A stretch of DNA of 51,500 bases, from positions 1-51,500 of the forward strand of contig CAZGJB010000001.1 in assembly GCA_964526145.1 (NCBI GenBank). The letters are read 5' to 3'. The notes below the pieces were generated by a model. The model ran no database searches, was not told where the DNA came from, and saw only the letters and a list, made by a program, of their open reading frames with translations. Shown here piece by piece: positions 35,828 through 43,914 of this stretch. How positions within the stretch are numbered: position 1 is the first letter of the stretch; every line of letters starts with the position of its first letter. This stretch comes from an uncultured Opitutaceae bacterium (lineage in GTDB: Bacteria > Verrucomicrobiota > Verrucomicrobiia > Opitutales > Opitutaceae). The position numbers were made by a program, and so were the translations under genes.

Positions 35828-37840
35828 ATGACTATCGGTTTCGTCTGTACGAATTTTAACAACGCCGACTTCACGATTAATGCGGTAAAAAGCCTTTTAG
35901 CGAATTCGAGGCACAATATTTGGATTGCGATTGTTGATAATAATTCACAACCAGCAGATGGGAAGAAACTAAAAGAGCATTTGGGAGAATATTCTACAAT
36001 TACTATTATTCTAAGCCGTTTTAATGTTGGCTACTTCGCAGGGCTAAATCTCGGAGTTCGCGTGCTAAGAGATGCCCATCCGGAACTGAATTATATAGTT
36101 ATCGGGAATAACGATCTGCTATTTGCAGACGACTTTGTTGATAAGGTCGAAGGCGCTAAGGAGGCGTTTAGTAGCAGTCCAGTAGTAGCGCCAGATATTG
36201 TTACGATCGACGGCGTTCACCAAAATCCTCATGTCATTTTTAAGATCAGTAGGCTTAGGCGATTAATGTATGATTGCTATTATAGTAATTATGGATTAGC
36301 AATTATGATTCGGTGGATAGCGATCAAAACGAGACCTTTTAGCAATCGGAATGATGAAGAGCATTGGGAAAAGTCAGGATTTATCTCACAGGGTCATGGA
36401 TCCTGCTACATCCTGGGGCCAAAGTTCTTCGATCATTTTAAACAGCTTTGGGCTCCCACGATTCTAATGGGAGAGGAATATTTTTTGAGTCATCAATTAG
36501 CAGAGAAAGGCTATAGCGTTTACTACGAACCAAATATTCAGGTGACGCATCATTACCATGCAACGATAGCGCGAATGCCGCGAAGATTGATGTGGGAGCA
36601 TGGCAAAAATGCCCACCGAGTTTTCCGTAAGTGTGTCAAAAGTGCGAAAGAAGCAAAACCTCGTAGTCCAGATGAAGCACTAATTAATGTGAATATAACA
36701 AATAGTTCGCCGGCGTTGCGTTTGTGCACTAACTGTGTTATGGACACAACTGATCATCTGATTGTTTTCGACGAGCGAGGCGTCTGTGATCATTGCAATG
36801 ACTTCTATAAAAACACACTACCGAACTGGAAAACTGACGATATTGGTCGAGCAAAACTGGATGAATTGGCAGACTCAATTAGGAAAGCGGGCAAAGGCAA
36901 GGAGTTTGACAGCATATTGGGATTGAGTGGTGGCATAGATAGCTCCTATATGTTGCATTATGTTGTTCGCGAACTCGGACTTCGCCCACTAGTGTTTCAC
37001 GTCGATGGTGGTTGGAATTCCGAACTCGCGGTGCATAATATCGAGGTGATGGTAGAACGACTAAAGCTTCACCTTTTTACAGAAGTCATCAACTGGGAGG
37101 AGATGCGCAATTTCCAACTTGCATTCTTTAAGTCGGGGTTGCCAAACATTGATTTACCGCAAGATCATGCATTTGTGGCGACTCTTTATAATTTCGCCGA
37201 AAAGTATAAGATACGTCATATTCTTAATGGTGGTAATATCTCTACCGAGGCGATTAGAAATCCATTAGAGTGGCTTTATTATGGCACAGATATGAGCCTA
37301 ATCCGAGATGTGCAACGGCAGTTCTGTACTATTCCGTTAAACACTTATCCGTTTAGCTCAGTATTGCGGCATAAGTTTTACCTTAGGTACATTCGGGGTG
37401 TTAAGGTAATTAAGCCACTAAATTACATCCCATATAATCAAAAAGGCGCGATCGACACCCTTACTCGTGAATACGGTTGGAAGGCTTACCCGCGGAAGCA
37501 TGACGAATCCCGATTCACCAAGTTCTATGAAGGATTCTGGCTCCCAGAACGATTCGGCTACGACACTCGGAAAGTTCAGTTTTCGAGTCTCATTTTGACC
37601 GGGCAAATGACGAGGGAGAGTGCACTAGAGGCTTTGAAGAAGCCGTCTTACGATTCCACTACAATCGATCACGAATTTTGTTATATTGCGACCAAACTTG
37701 GTATTTCTTCCGATGAGTTGTGGCACTATTTCCGACTACCGAAGAAAACCCACCGGGACTACCGAAATCAGGAGGGTATGTTTTTGCTTGGTGCGAAGTT
37801 TCTGCGTTTGATTGGTGCCGAGAGATCTATAAAACGATGA
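35828..37840 (+). CDS. Fusion protein: N-terminal GT2 glycosyltransferase + C-terminal N-acetyl-sugar amidotransferase (WbuX/LfnA-like PP-loop enzyme)
   Basis: aa 1-290 are GT-A-like (IGFVCTNFNN...IAIVDNNS...GNND). aa 300-670 carry CTNCVMDTTD...FDERGVCDHC and the PP-loop GLSGGIDSS. It is one uninterrupted 670-aa ORF. Confidence 0.75.
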   Translation: MTIGFVCTNFNNADFTINAVKSLLANSRHNIWIAIVDNNSQPADGKKLKEHLGEYSTITIILSRFNVGYFAGLNLGVRVLRDAHPELNYIVIGNNDLLFADDFVDKVEGAKEAFSSSPVVAPDIVTIDGVHQNPHVIFKISRLRRLMYDCYYSNYGLAIMIRWIAIKTRPFSNRNDEEHWEKSGFISQGHGSCYILGPKFFDHFKQLWAPTILMGEEYFLSHQLAEKGYSVYYEPNIQVTHHYHATIARMPRRLMWEHGKNAHRVFRKCVKSAKEAKPRSPDEALINVNITNSSPALRLCTNCVMDTTDHLIVFDERGVCDHCNDFYKNTLPNWKTDDIGRAKLDELADSIRKAGKGKEFDSILGLSGGIDSSYMLHYVVRELGLRPLVFHVDGGWNSELAVHNIEVMVERLKLHLFTEVINWEEMRNFQLAFFKSGLPNIDLPQDHAFVATLYNFAEKYKIRHILNGGNISTEAIRNPLEWLYYGTDMSLIRDVQRQFCTIPLNTYPFSSVLRHKFYLRYIRGVKVIKPLNYIPYNQKGAIDTLTREYGWKAYPRKHDESRFTKFYEGFWLPERFGYDTRKVQFSSLILTGQMTRESALEALKKPSYDSTTIDHEFCYIATKLGISSDELWHYFRLPKKTHRDYRNQEGMFLLGAKFLRLIGAERSIKR

Positions 37841-38451
37841 TTGCTGTTATCGACTATGGCTCCGGTAATGTACGTGCCCTCCTGAATGCCTACGTTCGGA
37901 TGAATATTGCATGCCGAGCAGTGCGCGAACCTGGAGAGCTTAAAGGGGTTACGCACATAATCCTGCCTGGCGTAGGCGCTTTTGACACTGCATTGCGACA
38001 GTTCGAGTCTTCCGGGATGAGCGAATTTGTTCAGCGGAAGGTCCAAGACGAGGGAACACCGCTGTTAGGCATCTGCGTTGGGATGCAAATGTTAGCAAAG
38101 GACAGTCAAGAAGGCGTACGTGTAGGCTTAGGTTGGGTTCCCGGCCATGTGCGAAGGCTTGGCTCGCAGAGCGGTCCAGTGGTAAGGTTGCCCCACATGG
38201 GATGGAACCAAATTAGGAGAGTGGGCGATTGCCGTCTTATGGATGATCTACCCAATAGTGGTCGGTTTTATTTTTTACATTCCTATTATTTTGAACCCGA
38301 GGGTGATGCGCTGGTGATTGCCACTGCCGAGTATGGCATACAGTTCGCGTGCGCGGTGCGTCGAGGCAACACCTTTGCAGTTCAGTTTCATCCGGAGAAG
38401 AGCCACGAAGACGGCATGCGTTTGCTCGCCAACTTCGCTGCAATTTCCTGA
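37837..38451 (+). CDS. hisH: Glutamine amidotransferase, HisH paralog (WbuY-like)
   Basis: MIAVIDYGSGN, LPGVGAF, GICVGMQML (nucleophile Cys) and FHPEKS are present. The ATG overlaps the upstream stop (ATGA). Confidence 0.85.
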   Translation: MIAVIDYGSGNVRALLNAYVRMNIACRAVREPGELKGVTHIILPGVGAFDTALRQFESSGMSEFVQRKVQDEGTPLLGICVGMQMLAKDSQEGVRVGLGWVPGHVRRLGSQSGPVVRLPHMGWNQIRRVGDCRLMDDLPNSGRFYFLHSYYFEPEGDALVIATAEYGIQFACAVRRGNTFAVQFHPEKSHEDGMRLLANFAAIS

Positions 38452-38453
38452 TC

Positions 38454-39266
38454 ATGCTGCGGCCACGCATCATTCCCTGCCTCTTGGTCCGAAAGCGCGG
38501 TTTGGTAAAAACTATAAAGTTCAAGGACGCCAAGTATGTTGGCGATCCGATTAACGCTGTTAAGATTTTTAACGAGAAGCGCGTGGACGAAATTGTTTTA
38601 CTGGATATAGATGCCACGGTTGAGAACCGAGAACCCGATCTACGCATGATCGAAGACGTGGCTGCGGAATGCCGCATGCCCCTTTGTTATGGCGGAGGCA
38701 TTCGTTCAGTGGCGCAAGCTACTCGCATTTTCGCCCTCGGAGTGGAAAAGGTCGCATTGAGTTCCGCAGCGATCGCCAATCCGTTGCTGGTACGGCAGAT
38801 TGCGGAGGCTGTTGGAAATCAGAGTGTGGTCGTCGCTCTTGACGTGAAGAAGAGGCGCTTTGGTTCAGGCTACCAGGTGTGGACGCACAACGCTACGAAG
38901 AGTACGGGTCGCGATCCGGTCGAACTTGTCGAGATCTTCCAACAATGCGGCGTAGGCGAAATCATAATCAATTCGATTGATCGCGACGGCACCATGACGG
39001 GCTATGATCAGGATCTCGTGGAGATGATGATCCGGCACCTCTCAGTACCCTACACGATCTTGGGTGGGGCCGGTTCCCTCGAGCACTTGCGAGCCTTAGT
39101 CGCGCGCTTCGGTGTGTTGGGCGTATCCGCCGGCAGCCTGTTTGTCTTTAAGGGTGCATTCCGGGCTGTGCTCATTAACTATCCCAATATCGCTGAACGC
39201 GACATGATTGCAAAGGTAGCCCACCGTTTGCAGTCTGGTATTACACCGACCGGTGGTCACGATTGA
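38454..39266 (+). CDS. hisF: HisF-like cyclase subunit paralog (WbuZ/AglZ-like acetamidino-modification protein)
   Basis: RIIPCLLV..GLVKT..F....YVGDPINAVKIFNEKRVDEIVLLDI and ...GGGI... mark a TIM-barrel HisF family protein. Confidence 0.85.
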   Translation: MLRPRIIPCLLVRKRGLVKTIKFKDAKYVGDPINAVKIFNEKRVDEIVLLDIDATVENREPDLRMIEDVAAECRMPLCYGGGIRSVAQATRIFALGVEKVALSSAAIANPLLVRQIAEAVGNQSVVVALDVKKRRFGSGYQVWTHNATKSTGRDPVELVEIFQQCGVGEIIINSIDRDGTMTGYDQDLVEMMIRHLSVPYTILGGAGSLEHLRALVARFGVLGVSAGSLFVFKGAFRAVLINYPNIAERDMIAKVAHRLQSGITPTGGHD

Positions 39267-39289
39267 GCTTCTGCTGTTTCGTTTCCTTA

Positions 39290-40453
39290 ATGAAGAAGCT
39301 TATCGGCATATTAGTTGGCACCCGGCCTGAAGTGATCAAGATGGCGCCAATCTACTTCTCGCTTTTTAAAAGCGAGAGTCTCGAACCTGTGCTTATCTCC
39401 ACAGGGCAACACCGGCAAATGCTCGACCAGGCGCTGCAGGTGTTCGGCTTAGCTCCTGATCTCGACCTTAACCTCATGCAGCCGGGTCAGATGCTACCGG
39501 ATCTCACCGCGCGGGTGATCACCGCGGTTACGACGGTATTGCGAGAACGACCGATGGCCGCCGTCCTCCTTCAGGGTGATACAACCACGGTTCTTGGCTC
39601 GGCGTTGGCGGCCTTTTACGCCAATGTTCCGATTGGTCACGTGGAAGCAGGACTGCGGACCAACAATTTACGCGCTCCATTCCCTGAGGAAATGAACCGG
39701 CGGCTGACCTCGCCTCTGGCCCGTTGGAATTTCTGCCCAACGGAACTTTCTAGGGAGAACCTGCTACGAGAGAATATCGCCACGGAGTCTTGCCATGTCA
39801 CTGGAAACCCAGTGATTGATGCTCTGCTTTGGGTGCGTGATCGAATTCGTGCTCGCGGAAGTAGCTCTGACGGAGTGGCCGAACGAGTGGGCATTCCTCA
39901 AGGATTCGCAGAGCGATATCTTTCCAGGAGCAAGGCCCGTTGGATTCTGGTCACTGGGCATCGGCGTGAATCGTTTGGTGACGGTTTCGAGAGGATCTGT
40001 GCGGCCATCAGCCATCTGACGGATACGTATCCTGACCTCGGCGTGCTTTATCCCGTTCACCTCAATCCCCAAGTACAGGAGCCAGTCAAACGGCTGTTGG
40101 GAACCAATTCCCGGGTTGCGTTAGTCAATCCGGCCGATTATGAAGACTTTATCTGGCTGCTAGATCGGTGTACCTTCGCTTTGAGCGATTCAGGCGGTGT
40201 GCAGGAGGAGGCCCCAAGCCTCGGGAAGCCTGTGTTAGTCATGCGCGAGACTACGGAGCGGCCCGAGGGCGTCGCTGCGGGCACATGCACGCTTGTTGGG
40301 ACCGATCCCGACAAGATTCGGCATGAAGCCGGGGTGCTCCTGGACAATCCTGCAGAATATTCCAGACGTGCAGCTCTTACAAATCCTTACGGCGATGGTC
40401 ATGCGGCGGAGCGCATCAGGGCGGTCTTGGAAAAGGATATTGGTGACGCGTGA
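39290..40453 (+). CDS. wecB: UDP-N-acetylglucosamine 2-epimerase (non-hydrolysing)
   Basis: VGTRPEVIKMAPI, TGQHRQMLDQ, QGDTTT, GHVEAGLRT and PFPEE are present. Confidence 0.85.
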   Translation: MKKLIGILVGTRPEVIKMAPIYFSLFKSESLEPVLISTGQHRQMLDQALQVFGLAPDLDLNLMQPGQMLPDLTARVITAVTTVLRERPMAAVLLQGDTTTVLGSALAAFYANVPIGHVEAGLRTNNLRAPFPEEMNRRLTSPLARWNFCPTELSRENLLRENIATESCHVTGNPVIDALLWVRDRIRARGSSSDGVAERVGIPQGFAERYLSRSKARWILVTGHRRESFGDGFERICAAISHLTDTYPDLGVLYPVHLNPQVQEPVKRLLGTNSRVALVNPADYEDFIWLLDRCTFALSDSGGVQEEAPSLGKPVLVMRETTERPEGVAAGTCTLVGTDPDKIRHEAGVLLDNPAEYSRRAALTNPYGDGHAAERIRAVLEKDIGDA

Positions 40454-40536
40454 TGGGGGACAGTAGACAGACGCAAGATGACTAATGACGGAAAACTGAT
40501 GTCTGACTACGGATGGGGTATCAACACGTCCTTGAG

Positions 40537-42660
40537 ATGAAACAGTTGCTTCAGTATTTGGGAAATGGGCGGACTGTGCTGGTTGATGTGCCTGCACCGG
40601 GTCCGCGGAGTAGGGCTTTGCTCATAGCGAGCACGCGCTCGCTGATTTCGGCTGGGACGGAGCGTATGCTCGTGGATTTCAGTAAAGCCGGTTGGATTGG
40701 GAAGGCTCGTCAGCAACCGGAAAAAGTGCGTGCCATTATCAACAAGGTTAGGTCCAACGGACTGATCGAGACGGTGCGTGCGGTAAGTGCTAAGTTGCAG
40801 CAACCGATTCCGCTGGGTTATTGCCAAGTGGGGCGAGTTGTTGACGGTTGGGGGAGCGTGGAGGACGGAGATCAGATCGAAGTTGATGACCGGGTGGTTT
40901 CTAATGGACCGCATGCGGAGGTTGTTTCGGTGTCGCACGATCTGTGCGCTTGGATTCCGGAGGGCGTCAGCGACGAAGCAGCCTGTTTTACACCTCTTGG
41001 GGCGATCGCTTTGGAGGGGATCAACCTGCTCGGCGCCGGACCTGGGGACAAAGTGGTTGTCACCGGGCTTGGACTGATCGGGCAATTGGCTGTTCGCATT
41101 TTCAAGACGATAGGCTGCGAGGTTCTTGGTCTCGATCCCGAGCCGGATCGCCGCCGTCTGGCGGAGCAGTGTGGCGCTCAGACTGCTGCGGGGGACCCCG
41201 TGACAGCCGCGTTGGCCTGGACCGGAGGCAAGGGCGTCGCCGGTGTCCTCATCACCGCAAGCACGTCCTCGAATGAAATCGTCAGCCAGGCAGCCCGTAG
41301 CTGCCGTCGCCGGGGAAAGGTCGTTTTGGTTGGGGTGGTCGGGCTGCACCTCAATCGGTCGGATTTCTATCGCAACGAGGTTTCGTTCCAAGTCTCGTGT
41401 TCCTATGGCTCCCGGGATGCGCGTGAACGCAACTCGGCGCGTAGTAACTTCGAGCAGGTGCTGGCCTGGATGGCGCAAGACCGACTGCAGGTCGAAGATC
41501 TGATTACCCATCGCTTTGCCTTCGAAACCGCCGCGACCGCCTACACCGCGCTTGCGGACCGTCAGGCGCTGGGCGTGTTGATGATTTATGATCGGAGGAC
41601 GGAGGACGTTCTCGAACCCACCGTGGTTTTGCGGCGGAGTGCTGAGGGAGAAAGTAAGCCAGATCTTGGGCATGGATCCGGTGTGGCCTTGATTGGAGCC
41701 GGCAATTTCGCCACGCGGACCTTGCTGCCCGCCATGATGAAGCTGGCGGATCGCCCAAGAGTGGTTGCTGTGGCCTCGCGACAGGGTGCGCCCGCGCTGC
41801 TGGCAGCCCAAGCATGCGGGGCGGAGCGAGCTACCACCGATGTAGCGGGCGTATTCGCGGATCCTACGGTGACCGCGGTCTTCATCACGACTCGGCACGA
41901 CGCTCATGCGGAACAGGCCCAAGCCGCCCTGCGGGCCGGCAAACACGTATGGGTGGAAAAACCACTTTGCCTGCGCATAGATGAGCTGAAGGAAGTCGAA
42001 TCAGCCATCCAATCCGCTGCCGTCCGCCATCCGTCTTCCGCCGTCCGTCCACCCATCCTCATGGTCGGATTCAACCGTCGATTCGCGCCCATGGCCGTGG
42101 AATTGCGTAAGGCGCTCGCGTCAAGGCCCGGCGCACATCGGTTCACGATGACGGTAAACGCGGGAAGGCTGGAACCCGACCATTGGACACTCGACTCGCG
42201 GGCCGGCGGCGGAAGGATCGTGGGCGAGGCGTGCCACTTCGTGGATCTGATGCGCTATTTGGCAGGAACGCCCATCCGCAACGTGCGTTGCCTTCGCCGA
42301 GACACTGATGGCCAGGACGGCGCCGCCTTCGAGTTGGAATTTGATGGCGGTACAAAAGGACTGATCGATTACCGCACCGATTTGGCGCCCCACCTGCCGA
42401 AGGAGATCATTGAGGTCACGGGCGATGGGTTCACGGCGCGCATAACCAACTGGGCGCAATTGCGGAGCGCCGGTTTGGGTGGCTTGCGTCAAGGAGGGTT
42501 CTGGAATCGCCGTCCGCGGAAAGGCCACCCAGAGGCCTTGCAGGCCTTCTTCGCTGCAGTCCACGGCGCCCCGGCGCCGATTCCGCTTGGCGAGATTCTG
42601 GAAGTCTCGCGATGGAGCCTTGCCATGCAGGCGATGCCTGCCCCGGACACAATTTCATGA
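40537..42660 (+). CDS. Bi-domain oxidoreductase (N-terminal Zn-ADH/MDR-like + C-terminal Gfo/Idh/MocA-like)
   Basis: It starts MKQLLQYLGNGRTVLVDVPAP. The MDR Rossmann motif VVTGLGLIGQL is followed by a second Rossmann ALIGAGNFA and an EKP motif (WVEKPL). Confidence 0.7.
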   Translation: MKQLLQYLGNGRTVLVDVPAPGPRSRALLIASTRSLISAGTERMLVDFSKAGWIGKARQQPEKVRAIINKVRSNGLIETVRAVSAKLQQPIPLGYCQVGRVVDGWGSVEDGDQIEVDDRVVSNGPHAEVVSVSHDLCAWIPEGVSDEAACFTPLGAIALEGINLLGAGPGDKVVVTGLGLIGQLAVRIFKTIGCEVLGLDPEPDRRRLAEQCGAQTAAGDPVTAALAWTGGKGVAGVLITASTSSNEIVSQAARSCRRRGKVVLVGVVGLHLNRSDFYRNEVSFQVSCSYGSRDARERNSARSNFEQVLAWMAQDRLQVEDLITHRFAFETAATAYTALADRQALGVLMIYDRRTEDVLEPTVVLRRSAEGESKPDLGHGSGVALIGAGNFATRTLLPAMMKLADRPRVVAVASRQGAPALLAAQACGAERATTDVAGVFADPTVTAVFITTRHDAHAEQAQAALRAGKHVWVEKPLCLRIDELKEVESAIQSAAVRHPSSAVRPPILMVGFNRRFAPMAVELRKALASRPGAHRFTMTVNAGRLEPDHWTLDSRAGGGRIVGEACHFVDLMRYLAGTPIRNVRCLRRDTDGQDGAAFELEFDGGTKGLIDYRTDLAPHLPKEIIEVTGDGFTARITNWAQLRSAGLGGLRQGGFWNRRPRKGHPEALQAFFAAVHGAPAPIPLGEILEVSRWSLAMQAMPAPDTIS

Positions 42661-43901
42661 AATACGATATCTGCGTCATCGGGTTGGGGTACATCGGCCT
42701 ACCGACAGCTTCCATTTTTGCGAATCGTGGCCTCAAGGTCCTTGGGGTGGATGTTCGATCCGACGTGGTCGAGATCATCAACCGCGGCGGGCTGCACTTC
42801 CATGAGCCCGACCTCGACGTACTGGTGCGTGCGGCGGTGGGGAGCAGCAACCTCAAAGCGGCGGTAGCGCCAGCGGCGGCTGGGACTTTCATCATTGCCG
42901 TGCCTACACCGTTCTCGCACGGGGCCAAGGGCGAGAAGATCCCCGATCTCTCCTACGTTGAACAGGCGACGCGGTCGCTGGCACCGCACGCCGCAGCGGG
43001 CAATTTGATCATACTTGAGTCCACCAGCCCGGTAGGTACGACCGAAAAGGTCCGCGACTGGCTGCTGGAGGAGCGGGCCAAGCATGGCTTGCTGGGGCAG
43101 GCGAAGGACTTCCATTTCGCCCACTGCCCGGAGCGGGTTCTGCCCGGCAACATGCTGAAGGAGCTGGTGGCAAACGATCGAATCGCGGGCGGCCTGACCC
43201 CTGAGGCAAGCCAGGCCGCGAAGGAGCTTTACCAGCGATTCTGCACGGGCGAAATCTTCCTCAGCGATGCTCGCACGGCCGAGCTGGCCAAGCTCACGGA
43301 GAATTCCTATCGCGACGTGAACATTGCGTTCGCCAACGAGCTTTCGCTCATCTGCGAGGAGTTGGGTATCGACGTCTGGGAGCTAATCCGCCTCGCGAAC
43401 CGTCACCCGCGAGTGAAGATCCTGCAGCCGGGACCGGGCGTCGGCGGACACTGCATTGCGGTAGACCCGTGGTTTATCGTGCATTCCGCGCCGAAGGTAT
43501 CGCCCCTGATTCGCACGGCGCGGGAGGTCAACGACGGCAAACCGCATCGCATTGTGGAGCGCGTGAAGACTGCGGCCGCGCGACTCAAGGATCCGGTAAT
43601 TGCCTGCCTCGGGCTCGCCTTCAAGGCCGACATCGATGATTTGCGCGAGAGCCCGGCGATGGAGATCACGGTCGAACTCGCCAAGGCCAAGGTCGGTCGA
43701 ATTCTGGCGGTTGAACCGCACGTGCGTGACCTTCCGAAGCCGCTGCAAGGATTGGGCAATGTCGAGTTTACCGACGCCGCAGAGGCCGTCCGACGCGCCG
43801 ACATCGTGGTCTTGTTGGTGAATCATCGTCCTTTCTCGTCGATCGATCGCGACCTCCTGCGGGACAAGGTGGTCGTCGACACGCGAGGTTTCTGGCGCTG
43901 A
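42657..43901 (+). CDS. wecC: UDP-N-acetyl-D-mannosamine dehydrogenase
   Basis: MKYDICVIGLGYIGLPTA is the N-terminus, and GPGVGGHCI is the catalytic Cys context of the UDP-sugar dehydrogenase family. The ATG overlaps the upstream stop (ATGA). Confidence 0.85.
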   Translation: MKYDICVIGLGYIGLPTASIFANRGLKVLGVDVRSDVVEIINRGGLHFHEPDLDVLVRAAVGSSNLKAAVAPAAAGTFIIAVPTPFSHGAKGEKIPDLSYVEQATRSLAPHAAAGNLIILESTSPVGTTEKVRDWLLEERAKHGLLGQAKDFHFAHCPERVLPGNMLKELVANDRIAGGLTPEASQAAKELYQRFCTGEIFLSDARTAELAKLTENSYRDVNIAFANELSLICEELGIDVWELIRLANRHPRVKILQPGPGVGGHCIAVDPWFIVHSAPKVSPLIRTAREVNDGKPHRIVERVKTAAARLKDPVIACLGLAFKADIDDLRESPAMEITVELAKAKVGRILAVEPHVRDLPKPLQGLGNVEFTDAAEAVRRADIVVLLVNHRPFSSIDRDLLRDKVVVDTRGFWR

Positions 43902-43914
43902 ATGCGCCAGCCTG

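Noticed and set aside
546-41009. Apparent enrichment of the HIP1-like palindrome GCGATCGC. I found at least 13 copies by eye, for example at 546, 2140, 3135, 5871, 6279, 7510, 7896, 12336, 12905, 20317, 31877, 38769 and 41002.
   Set aside because: The copies I checked inside genes (5871, 6279, 7510, 7896) are codon-aligned GCG-ATC-GCN (Ala-Ile-Ala), which is what the codon bias of a GC-rich genome produces. A codon-aware Markov expectation would be needed before calling it a signal.
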